The position numbers and the translations under genes were made by a program. The notes under the pieces were generated by a model. The model did no database searches. It was not told the origin of the DNA and was given only the letters and a program-made list of their open reading frames with translations. Positions 41,556 through 54,512 of a DNA stretch of 64,000 nt are shown here, in pieces. This stretch comes from Eledone cirrhosa. Taxonomy: Eukaryota. Each line of letters starts with the position of its first letter. The first letter of the stretch is position 1. The stretch spans positions 1 to 64,000 of the forward strand of contig CAXHJY010000340.1 in assembly GCA_964016885.1 (NCBI GenBank), given 5' to 3'.

Positions 41556-41681
41556 TTCCACTGATGATTTATAAGGGCCCACCTAAATATATTCTTATAT
41601 GAATATATATTAGGCTTCTACATAAACTGGAAATATTCTCCCAAACTTGTAGAAAACTTATAATGAAACAATTGTTTGGAA
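41556..41681 (+). ncRNA. Hammerhead motif with large branched stem II
   Basis: TTCCA/TGGAA, CTGATGA (41561), TTATAAG/CTTATAA closing two internal hairpins, GAAA (41665), palindromic CAATTG, then TT. Confidence 0.7.
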
Positions 41682-41891
41682 AGAGAGATGTATTTTAACT
41701 TTAATTATATCTCATAAAATAATACAACTGGTTTTTCCACATTATACATATTGTTAGCACCCCAAACACTTAAATTGGGTTTATATTTAAATATAACCTA
41801 ATGTTTGTTGAGTGAGATGGATACCAATCAGAGTTTAGCTTTAAACTATCTCTGTTATTGTATTAATATATAAATATGTATATATATATAT

Positions 41892-42508
41892 ATTCAGGTT
41901 TGAGGTTCACCACTGGATAGAGCTGGTCAATTCCGTATGGTCAATGGCAATGTAATAATAGAGAGAGTACTCAACGTAAAGCAGTTCAACCGTCTTTGTT
42001 TTTGTAGTTGGTGGTGCTATTACGGTAGTTGTTAAGATACGGGTCCCTTAGAATAAAAAAAATTCTTCGCGACAATCCTGGCCTGACTGTAATACCGACC
42101 TTTCCTCCTCTTTCTTTCTATCTTTCTTCTTATAGCTGACATTAACTCTGGCTTCTCCTCTTCTTCCTTCCCCCCTCTTCTATCTTCTTTCTTTCTTTCT
42201 TTCTTTTTTCCTAACGCTAACTTATGTTCCCATCCCTTTCTGTTTTCCTTTATCTGACCGGTAGTAGCACACTGTAAGCTTTAGCCACGTCACTCGAGGG
42301 CGACCGGCAAAGGTAGAAGATGCTGGATGGCAGTCGCCCTCGGATCCTTGATCTTCAGCCCCATGGATTTTATCTATTACATTGACGTATTATATTTCGA
42401 ATACCTGATGATATCACCGGTTTCATACGGAACCCGGTCATTGAAATGATCATAGTATAATAAGCCTTTCAAGGATTTACACAAATCCAGCCTCCTGTCA
42501 TTTCATTA

Positions 42509-42515
<7 letters not shown>
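41892..42515. mobile_element. Family-F pLTR: inverted 3' tail + body with HHR (42401-42458, +)
   Basis: ATAC/GTAT, CTGATGA, ACCGG/CCGGT stem II, GAAA, palindromic TGATCA, then TA. Homologous to 54513-55330 and 56950-57590. Confidence 0.8.
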
Positions 42516-42567
<52 letters not shown>

Positions 42568-42819
42568 GTGTATTTGTATTGTGCTGTATATATAATTGTG
42601 TATGTGCACGTGCATGGGTGATTTCGTACATTCCATAATGAAAGAAATACTATCTAAAGCGATGTATTTATTTGAAATAATCTTAACATACATATATCTG
42701 TATATAGAATTTTTTCAATTTTTTTTCTACTATAAAGAATCGTTCCATAATTGTTTCATTGAAGTTATCAGTTTGGTAGAGATTGTATACAAAACACACA
42801 GATATAACTGTGTATGTAT

Positions 42820-42841
42820 ATGCACATATATATATATACAC

Positions 42842-42877
<36 letters not shown>

Positions 42878-43677
42878 ATACACATATATATATACACATA
42901 TATATACATATATATATACACATATATACATATATATATATACACATATATACATATATATATATACACATATATACATATATATATATAAAACATATAT
43001 ACATATATATATATACACATATATATATATATATATACACATATATACACATATATACACATATATATACATATATATACACATATATATACATATATAT
43101 ACACATATATATATACACATATATATACATATATATATATATATACATGTATATACATATATATATATATACACATATATATATATATATACATATATAT
43201 ACATATATATATACACATATATATACATGTATATATACACATATATATACATATATATACACATATATATACATATATATATATACACATATATATACAT
43301 ATATATACAGATATATATACATATATATATACACATATATATACATATATATATACGCATATATATACATATATATATACGCATATATATACATATATAT
43401 ATACGCATATATATACATATATATATACGCATATATATACATATATATATACACATATATACATATATATATATATATACATATATATACATATATATAT
43501 ATATATACATATATATATACATATATACATATATATATATACACACATAAATACATATATATATATACAGACATAAATAGATATATAGATACATATATAC
43601 ATATATATATACAAACATATATACATATATATACATATATACATATATATATATACACATATATATATATACACATC

Positions 43678-43711
<34 letters not shown>

Positions 43712-44114
43712 TACATATATATATATTCATATATACATATATATATACACATATATATATATATCCACATATATACATATATATATACACATATATACAT
43801 ATATATACACATATATACATATATATATATACATATAAACACATATATACATATACACACATATACACATGCATAAACACATACATATATACATATATAT
43901 ACACATACATATATACATACATATACACATACATACATATACATACATATACACATACATACATATATATATATACATACATATATACATACATACATAT
44001 ACACATACATATTTACATACATATATATATACATACATATATACATACATATATACATATATATATATACACATATATATATACATATATACATATATAC
44101 ACGTATATATATAC

Positions 44115-44158
<44 letters not shown>

Positions 44159-44197
44159 CCATATATATATATATATCCATATATATATATACATATT

Positions 44198-44247
<50 letters not shown>

Positions 44248-44334
44248 CATATATATATACATATTTATTTATACACATTTCTACATATATATATATATAT
44301 ATATATACATATGTACATATATATATATATATAT
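42820..44334. repeat. (TA)n/(TACA)n compound microsatellite
   Basis: Direct reading; source of the YIYI ORFs. Confidence 0.95.
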
Positions 44335-44620
44335 ATAATATAAGATCAAAAGATGGTTAAAGGAGTTCCATATATTTTATTATGCGCAATTCAAAAACAA
44401 ACATCATCAAGCAATAATATTTGTGTTTTCATCTGATGAAAACACAAATATTATTGCTTGATGATGTTTGTTTTTGAAATGCGCATAATAAAATATATGG
44501 AACTCCTTTAACCATCTTTTGATCTTATATTATGCATACTCCAGTCCCACAAACTGTAGAGTGCTTCTTATCCGATATCTGCATTGCTTTATTGTACTAC
44601 AATAAAACTCACCTCCTACA
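44335..44620 (+). mobile_element. Family-C solo pLTR: 199-bp palindrome centred inside the HHR core (44434) plus tail
   Basis: TTTTCATC-T-GATGAAAA centre, arms to 44335/44533. Confidence 0.85.
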
Positions 44621-45135
44621 TATATATATATATACATACGTATAAACATATATATATACATACTTATATACATATATATATACATATATACATACATATA
44701 TGTATATATATATATATATATACATATACACACACATATACATATACATATACACATACATATATGTATATATATATATATATATACATATACACACACA
44801 TATATATATACATATACACACATATATACATATATATATACATATTCATATATATATACATGCGTGTGTATATACATACACACACATACACACATACACA
44901 TACACACACACACACACATACACATACACACACACACACATACACATACACACACACACACATATACATATATATATATATATATATAAAAGTATGTATA
45001 TACATATGTATACATACATACAGTAAAACCATAACAAACAGCACGGTACGATTAAAGGTCCTGCTTGTTGTATGTTTGTGTTGTTGAGAATGAGAAAGGA
45101 AGGTGACACGCAAGTTAGGGAATATTCTAGATAAT

Positions 45136-45322
45136 TGTTTCTACTTTTGGCACAAGGCCAGCAATTACCCAGTGTATTACTGGTACTTTATTTTATCGAC
45201 CCCATAAGGATGAAAGGCAAAGTTAACCTCGGCGGGATTTGAACTCAGAATGGCAAGGGCCGTAACTCTATGCGTCAAAGCATGGCGTCCGACCCTCTAC
45301 CGATACTGCCAATCCACTGGCC
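45136..45322 (-). mobile_element. tRNA-derived SINE with 17-bp TSD
   Basis: TSD GGAATATTCTAGATAAT at 45119-45135 and 45325-45341. Confidence 0.9.
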
Positions 45323-45464
45323 ATGGAATATTCTAGATAATGTTGTCAGCTAAGAATGAAATGGAGAGTTACCATAGAAAGTCTAGAAATGTCATCTCTG
45401 TGTAGTTATAGAAATGTCAGCTTTCTTTCATGGCTTACCTACTGATCAACACACCTTCACTACT

Positions 45465-46320
45465 CTCGTCAACATCATTGTCAGCAGTACTGGCATTGTT
45501 ATCGTCATCGGCCTCATCGTCATCGTCATCGTCGGCGACGGAGGCTTTATCATCATCATCGGCCTCATCGTCATCGTCATCGTCATCGTCGTCGTCGGCG
45601 GCGGCGGAGGCTTTATCATCATCATCGGCCTCATCGTCATCGACATCGTCATCGTCGTCGTCGTCGTCGTCGGCGGCGGCGGCGGAGGCCTTATCATCAT
45701 CATCGGCCTCATCGTCATCGTCGTCGTCGTCGTCATCGTCATCATCGTCGGCGGCGGAGGTTTTATCATCATCATCATCGGCCTCATCGTCATCGTCGTC
45801 GTCGTCGTCGGCTCTATTACCATCATCAGACTCATAGTCATCGGCGTCGCCGTCGTCGTCGTCGGCTTTAACACCATCATCGGCCTCATCGTCATCGGCG
45901 TCGTCATCGTCGTCGTCGTCGGCTCTATCACCATCATCGGCCTCATAGTCATCGGCGTCGTCGTCGGCTTTATCACCATCATCGGCCTCATCGTCATCGT
46001 CGTTGTCGTCGGCTCTATCACCATCATCGGCCTCATCTTCATCGTCATTATCGTTGTCGTCGTCTCTATCACCATCATCGGCCTCATTGTCGTCGGCGTC
46101 GTCGTTGTCGTCGGCTCTATCACCATCATCGGTTCTTCGTCATCGGCGTCGTCGTCGTCGTCGGCTCTATCACCATCATCGGTGTCATCGTCACCGTCAT
46201 CGTCTCCATCATCATCAATACCGTCATCGCCATCGTCGCTGTTACTCTCATAGTCATCGTCAACATTGTTATTCTCATCATCATCATCATCATCTATTCC
46301 AATGTCATCATCGTCGACAC
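45465..46320. repeat. CpG-rich (TCG/TCA)n-derived minisatellite
   Basis: Unit ~GGCTCTATCACCATCATCGGCCTCATCGTCATCGTCGTC. Confidence 0.9.
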
Positions 46321-46664
46321 AGGTGCAGTCATGTGACCACCATTACCTCTGACTATATTTTTAAAAGAATACTGTTTCTTTGATATGTCACGACAAAGGG
46401 TTTGTATTAAAGAAGAACGAGAAGAAGAAAAGAAAAAAAAGAAAAGAAAAGAAAGAATAGAAAGAAAAGTAGAAAAAGAAAAAGAAGAAAAGGACTGAGA
46501 AGAAAAAAAAATAAGAGGAAGAAAAAGAAGAAAAAGAAAAAACAATAAGAAAAAGAAGATACGAACAGTTTTAGTAGAGTGTGTGCGTCTGCATAGCTTC
46601 CTGGCCCCATATATACACATATGCACACATTATATATATATATATACATATATATGTATATATA

Positions 46665-47372
46665 CAGGACCACCAACACGACCTGTATGTGGGGCCAATA
46701 TCGCTAGCAACTACAGGATCTCCTACTTCCTCTCAATGGTTATACGCCCCATAATCAAGATGTCCCCAGATGTAAGTGATAGTACAGAGGACCTCCTCAG
46801 CAGAATCAATGAATGCAAAAAAAAAAAAAAACTATCTATTTGCATAATAGGCAGTATGGACGTGGTATCACTAAAACCCATCCATTAACATTGATTTTGC
46901 TGTGGAAAAAATTGTGGATATGATCAGTGAGAGTGAGGTGGAGTTCTGCGACGTCGACACAGACGAACTGGGCCTCCTACTTAGACTTACCTATGACACT
47001 GACTACCTAGACAGCCATGACCTTAGCTGTTTCTGCCCCAGTAGACCCATAAGGGGTAGATCCCCCACCATAACCTCAATGGAAAAAAGGACTCCCATGG
47101 GAAGGTGGATTGGGTGGACCAAAGCCATACGGACCCCCAAAGACAATGATCAGCTAAGAAAAATGGTCACACATGTAATAGGGGCTAGTATTAAAACTAA
47201 CCTAAAAGGCCACATATTTAAATTCAACGAGAAAATCTACACCCAAAATGAGGGAGCAGCCATTGGCGTCAGCATAGCTGGTGACGTTGCCAACCTTTTT
47301 ATGGTATGGTGGGAAAGGAGACACAAAGATCTCCTGGGTGCGCGCTCCATGAACCTCATCATGTACTCGCGT
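46665..47372 (+). pseudogene. PLE reverse transcriptase fragment (different clade from families A/B)
   Basis: PTRPVCGAN..GSMDVVSL.P..; FKFNEKIYTQNEGAAIGVSIAGDVANLFMVWW..MYSR (motifs A and B, truncated before the DD of motif C). Confidence 0.8.
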
Positions 47373-47690
47373 TAAATATAGTAAAAGGACACCCCCACAA
47401 GAGAGTACTAACAAGTATGATTTAGAATGTAGCTCAATGGATATATATATATATATAAATACATACTACTGTACGCCTGTATACATATATGTATGTACGT
47501 ATACATGCTTATATTTAAGTAACAGCCGTACTAAGAGTGGGAAATGAAATTTCATTTCATTTTTTCCGTTTATCGCTTTCGGTACCCCGGCCGATTGACT
47601 CACTCGATATGCAAATTAGGCTGCTCAGCCATTAATATTCATAAGGAGAGTATATACGTTCAGACGTTCAATCGTCTAGCAGGAAGCTAT

Positions 47691-47733
47691 GCGTTGCTGA
47701 CGATAGCAAATAAGCTTGAAACTAGTACAGCGT
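47691..47733 (+). ncRNA. Minimal hammerhead motif
   Basis: GCGTTG/CAGCGT, CTGACGA, AGC/GCT stem II, GAAA, palindromic CTAG, then TA. Confidence 0.8.
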
Positions 47734-47982
47734 TCCTTTGTCAGTGTTGAACAAATGAGCAACGATGGATGCTAGACACTGTAAGGCTTATTTCGGGATG
47801 TTTGTTTACAAACACACCGAGCATTATAATAAATGTTTGGTGAATCCATACGTACATATATATACGTGTGCATGTATGTATATATATATACATACTACTG
47901 TACGTCTGTATATATGTAAGTACGTATACATACTTATATATATTTATATGTGTATATATATATGTATATTTATATATATATG

Positions 47983-48013
<31 letters not shown>

Positions 48014-48045
48014 GTATATATATATATACATATATATATATATAC

Positions 48046-48107
<62 letters not shown>

Positions 48108-48109
<2 letters not shown>

Positions 48110-48880
48110 CGATACGAGACCTGGGCATAGACATGAGCGATGATGCATCTTTTTCTTCACACATCATGAAGGTGGCGACAGCATGTAGACGATTCGCTGG
48201 CTGGATCTTGAGGACTTTCCTTACAAGAGATCGAGACACCATGTTGACAATGTGGAGGACTTTTGTCCTAAGCCGCCTGGACTACTGCTCCCAGCTGTGG
48301 TCACCCCATAGTGTCAAAATAACCACAGAGCTTGAGGCAATCCAGCGAAGCTACACCAAGAGGATTGCCAAGATGAGGGAGACAAGCTACTGGGAGAGGC
48401 TGAAGGAACTGAACCTCTACTCCTTGGAGCGAAGACGGGAGAGATATGCAGTGATCTACATGTGGAAAATCCTGGAGGGACTAGCACCAAACTTTGGCAT
48501 TGGGAGCTGGACCAACCGTCGAACAGGACGTCACTGTGTGGTGCCAAAGGTCCCGTCTTCCACATCTAGAATAAGGAGCAGGTATTGCAATAGCCTGGGA
48601 TTCAAGGGCCCTCAACTCTTCAACAGGCTGCCGAGGCATCTGCGAGACTTGCATGACGTTGAGGTGGATGTCTTTAAGAAACATCTCGACACCTTGTTAT
48701 CCAGGATCCCGGATGAGCCCACAGCAAGACACGAGGGAAACCTAAGGGCAGCAGCAACAAATTCCCTCCTACACCAGTGGCCAACCTATACAGGCTGGAG
48801 ATAAAATGTGTAGCAACAAGGGCGGTGCCCCAGCATGGCCTGAGCCGGATGGCTGAAACAGGTAAACGAGTAAACGAGTA
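48108..48880 (+). mobile_element. 5'-truncated copy of the CR1-group LINE
   Basis: Near-identical to 17003-17775, with the C-terminal ORF2 frame open; (GTAAACGA)n tail; in (TA)n. Confidence 0.92.
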
Positions 48881-49480
48881 ATATATATATATAAACATAT
48901 ATGTATATATATATATATATATACATATGTATATATATATATATATATATACATTATATATATATAAACATATACGTATATATATATAAACATATATGTA
49001 TATATATATATGTATATATATATAAACATATATGTATATATATATATGTATATATATATATAAACATATATGTATATATATATAAACATATATGTATATA
49101 TATATATACATATATATATAAACATATATGTATATATATACATATATATATAAACATATATGTATATATATATATACATATATAAACATATATGTATATA
49201 TATATACATATATATATAAACATATATGTATATATATATATACATATATATATAAACATATATGTATATATATATATACATATAAACATATATGTATATA
49301 TATATATACATATATATATAAGCATATATGTATATATATATATACATATATATATAACCATATATGTATATATATATATAGATATATATATAAACATATA
49401 TATATATATATACATATATATATAAACATATATGTATATATGTATACATATATATATATATACATATATATATATACATA

Positions 49481-49944
49481 TACAATATTAAATAAATGGA
49501 AAACTATATTTATAAAACCATATCTATTTCATTATATATATTTCGGGGATATTATATTAACAATATGCTATGCCTTCATCAGACAAAATACAATATAAAC
49601 AGTTTTATAGATAAATATATTCGACATACCGTAATAAACATCAACTTCATTTGAAGAGGTTTACAGCTAGCGTAAACCTCTTCAAATGAAGTTGATGTTT
49701 ATTACGGTATGTCGAATATATTTATCTATAAAACTGTTTATATTGTATTTTGTCTGATGAAGGCATAGCATATTGTTAATATGATATCCCCGAAATATAT
49801 ATAATGAAATAGATATGGTTTTATAAATATAGTTTTCCATTTATTTAATATTGTAAATATACTCCAAATATTTGTCGAGTGCTTTTATATCAGTTATATA
49901 TATTTACTAGTTGTAACCCAACAATTTTAAATATAACTTTACAT
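49481..49944 (+). mobile_element. Family-B-like solo pLTR: palindrome 49481-49855 (184-bp arms, 7-nt loop) plus tail
   Basis: Centre GAGGTTTAC-agctagc-GTAAACCTC; HHR on both arms. Confidence 0.88.
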
Positions 49945-49986
49945 ATATATATACATATATATATATATACATATATATATATAAAC

Positions 49987-50017
<31 letters not shown>

Positions 50018-50204
50018 CAAAAACATATATGTATATATATATACATATATGTATATATACAAAAACATATATGTATATATATATATACATATATATATAA
50101 ACATATATATATAGGCATATATGTATATATATATATACATATATATATAAACATATATTTATATATATAGATATATATATAAACATATATGTATATATAT
50201 ATAG

Positions 50205-50237
<33 letters not shown>

Positions 50238-50272
50238 CATATATATATAAACATATATGTATATATGTATAC

Positions 50273-50319
<47 letters not shown>

Positions 50320-50334
50320 CATATATATATAAAC

Positions 50335-50367
<33 letters not shown>

Positions 50368-50689
50368 CAAAAACATATATGTATATATATATACATATAT
50401 GTATATATACAAAAACATATATGTATATATATATACATATATGTATATATATATACATATATATACATATATATACATAGATATACATATATATACATAT
50501 AAATATGTATATATATACATATATATACATATATATACGTATAAATATGTATATATATATATGTATATATACGTATAGTTATATATATATGTATATATAC
50601 GTATAGTTATATATATATATGTATATATATATATACATATATATATAAACATATATGTATATATATATATATACATATATATATATACA

Positions 50690-50762
<73 letters not shown>

Positions 50763-50767
50763 ATATG

Positions 50768-50800
<33 letters not shown>

Positions 50801-50807
50801 GTATATT

Positions 50808-50854
<47 letters not shown>

Positions 50855-50947
50855 GTATATTTATATATATATATGTATATATATATATATACATATATAA
50901 ACATATTTGTATATATATATATACATATAAATATGTATATATATATA

Positions 50948-52240
50948 TGAATGTCATATTGTATGCTAGAAACACTCTACTCTTTACTGATAATGACATT
51001 TGGATAAAAATATCTAACCCATGGAGACCATTCGATGTCTCAATGGGCTCTTTTGACAGTGCTGACGTTTGTGATTTAGTCGGTCTATTACTCCTACCCA
51101 CACTTAAAGAAAAATTCCCTAACTATATTTTTGGGCTTTATCGCGACGATGGTCTAATACTTTCCCATACCACCATAGGCCATCACTTAGATAGATTAAG
51201 GAAAGACTTAATAAAAAGCTTTGCTAATTTTAATCTTAAAATTACTATTGACACTAACCTTTCCAATGTTAATTTTCTAGATATAAACCTAGATGTTCCT
51301 ACTGCTTCTTATAAACCATACCATAAACCTAATGAAAATTTAAAATATATAAATAAAGGCTCTTGCCATCCTCCTATAGTTTCTAAAAACCTTATCCCTA
51401 ATATTAGCCGTAGGATCTCCACCCTCTCTTCCTCAAAAGCAATTTTCAATAAGGCACCCCCCTACTATAATAAAGCCCTTCAAAATAGCGGATTTAGCGA
51501 ACCGATTAAGTACATACCCAACAATACTAACTCTTTTAAACATAATAATAGGAAAAGAAAATAATCTGGTTCACACCACCCTACTCTCTAGCAGTTAAAA
51601 CTAATGTAGGCAAAACATTCCTAGAGCTCTTAGATAAACATTTCCCTAGAATACATAGATACTATAAAATCTTCAATAGAAACTGTGTCAAAATTAGCTA
51701 CTCCTGCGGTTCCCCTATTAAATCTTATATCATCAATAAGAAATCACCTAGAGAACATCAAAATTGCTCCTGTAGTGTCAAAAGTGAATGCCCATTACAA
51801 GGTAAATGCAACACCAAAGCCATTGTATATGCGGCTCAAGTAACAACCATCAGCAACAACCAACCAGCCAGCAGCGAACGATATGTGGGTATGACACAAG
51901 ACAAATTCAAAACGCGTTATTACTCACATGTCGCATCTTTCCGACATCTAGAAAAAGATTCACAACAGCTCTGGCTAGCAGAATATGGGATTTGAAAGAC
52001 CAAGGTATCCAATATAAATTGGATTGGTCAATTTTGAACCAATCTAAAGAATATGCAAGAGGAATAAGAAGATGCACACTCTGCATAAGTGAAAAATATT
52101 GGATTTTACAAAACCTTAAATCACCAAAAACCTGCCTAAATACAAAAACGGAAATTTTCACCAGTTGCCCACACATGAAATCACACTTGCTTTCCAGCTC
52201 ATATAAACTTAACTCACTTTCAGATACTTATCCTCCATAA
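50948..52240 (+). pseudogene. PLE RT C-terminal part + GIY-YIG (frameshifted)
   Basis: [69 protein letters not shown]. Confidence 0.88.
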
Positions 52241-52798
52241 ACTCTTATTCTTCACTTTCCTTAAATTATTCTCTTTACAGACTTCTCTTTCTGATTTAAT
52301 TTTACTTTCATTTTTAACTTTATTTTTAATTTTATTTTTATATTTACTTCACATCCACCAGTAACTCCCCCCCCCCCCCCGCTACTCTTCGAATCACTTA
52401 CCTAATATCTTCACATTCCACATTTTACTTCCCCATTTTCTTTCACTACCTGATTTCACTTGTCACTTGCGTTTTCCACTCCAGATATATGCTGTTGTTT
52501 CGCAGCCGATTTTATATTTGTACTCATTTATTCATAAGGCTGCTTTATACTCTGTATCTATGTGTCTGAGTGTGCTTATGTGTGTATACCTTATGTATAT
52601 GTATACGAACGCCTCCATGTGTGTGCGTGCGTACGTGTATATATATGTGTGTGTGTATGTGTATTTTTATATCTATCTTTTTACATCTATGTTTTTTTAC
52701 ATTCTTATTTTTACGTGTGTGTGTAAGCGGGTGAATGTACGTGAATGTGTATGTATGTGTGTATATATGTATATGTATGTATGTATGTATATATATAT

Positions 52799-53209
52799 AG
52801 GGAGAGATGACCCCTTAGCCTTTGTCAAGGCAGAATTCTAGGAGAAGGAAAACTCTGATATAACACCTGCAACCCTGATGGTATCCAATGATGTTGACTT
52901 GTTCTTCTTTTTGGTAAATATCATCTTGGTTAAGAGAGTGGGACTGGCTTTGTGCAGTGCCTTTGCTCACTATAAAAGCTTCACGGCACAGGCATTGCTT
53001 TGTATCTGGAGATCTCTCTGCACTTGTCGTCACATGGTACCAAAGGCAAAGCACTATGTGTCAATGATTGTCACAAGTGTAGTGTTTGTACCAGAGTTTT
53101 CAAGTCGCTGGCTGGACTAAAAAGTCACACTCGTTCAGCGCATCGGTAGGGGTTCTCCTAGATGGATATAAAGTAGTGGCCGTACTCGAAAACGAGTTGG
53201 CAGCCACCA
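52799..53209 (+). mobile_element. Short RTE-type LINE-derived insertion (5'-UTR-like part + C-terminal C2H2 finger + 3' stem-loop)
   Basis: 53078-53149 encodes CSVCTRVFKSLAGLKSHTRSAHR*. Also CTAGGAGAAGGAAAACTCTGA motif, ACTCG-aaaa-CGAGT hairpin at the 3' end, and TA flanks. Confidence 0.55.
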
Positions 53210-54146
53210 TATATATATATATATAGTCGCGTACGTACGTGTGATTAGATATACATGGGGCGATATATATATATATACGTGCCTCGTGTGTATGTATGTA
53301 CGCATGCATGCGCTATTGTCTGTACGTATTTGTGTGTATAAATATTTTTTTTTATAGATATATGTATTTTATAGATATATGGTTATGTACGTGCGTACCT
53401 ATGTTTGTTTTCTTTTCTCTAGTGTTAATTGATTACTTTCGCCTTCATTTAAAAATGTTTTTCATTCTCATATACTGTTTCATTTTTATACATATATCGA
53501 GAATGACACTTCTTTTTACTATTACACTCCCTTCCCTCTTTATCTTCCGCATATAAGTGACCGCGTGTGTGTGTGTGTTTATACGCGTGCTTTCATACTC
53601 GTATGTATATTTAATAGCTGTATCTGGATGCGTGTCAACTATATTATCATTTTCTTTTTCAACTCATATTATATCCGTATTTGTGGTCACATATACACAA
53701 ATATACTTGCCCTCATATATGTACTTACGCACACATTTTCACCATACACATGCATTTGTACATACACACATATGTACATTTGTGAGTGTATATACATACA
53801 TATACACATACCTAACTATATTTCCTGATATTTTTTATATATTTTTTTATATTTTTTAATATATCTCTTGCATTACTTTTATTTATATATTTTTTGCATT
53901 TCTTGAGAAGACTTTCCAAATATTTCACTATTTTCTATATTACCTTGTCCGACGAACGGATGAGGACGTTTTTTTCGTATTCGTCTTATTCGGGAAACCT
54001 CTGGTAATGAGGTAATTATATTGGATTGTTTATTATACATTAAATTTTGCTCTGGTACTTACATAGAGCACTCTTCACTCCTATGACTTTTTCAATTTTC
54101 AACGGAAACTTCAATACGTATATATATATATATACATATAAATATG

Positions 54147-54193
<47 letters not shown>

Positions 54194-54512
54194 TTATATA
54201 TATATGATAAAAACAAATAACGAAACGAAATTAAATTTCGTTTCGTTTGTAACTCACTTTTGTATGACTGACGCTTAAACAATTAAGTTAAAAATGTACA
54301 TCCACATATGTATACTGAAATACTAATATGCATATGAATACACACACGTGTACATATGTAGATGTACCGAGTTTTTCACTGGACACTTTACTGTGAGTGT
54401 CCAGCTATTCTGTATGTAAACACACAGACAAACCGGTTTTTAGAGTCATACTGGTTTTCGAGGAAACACCTTTCCTCTATTCTCCAGAAAGCCAGACAAG
54501 GAATATTGGACT

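Larger units (their letters stand above)
50948..54118 (+). mobile_element. 5'-truncated PLE with long 3' UTR
   Basis: RT/EN coding region 50948-52240; degenerate HHR-like motif at 53945-54018 (core CCGACGA, long stem II, GAAA, CCTC/GAGG). The 3' boundary is inferred. Confidence 0.7.

Noticed and set aside
42596-44360. Long YIYI/IYIH ORFs (up to 509 aa) here and in other TA arrays
   Set aside because: Translations of (TA)n/(TACA)n microsatellites, open in several frames on both strands.
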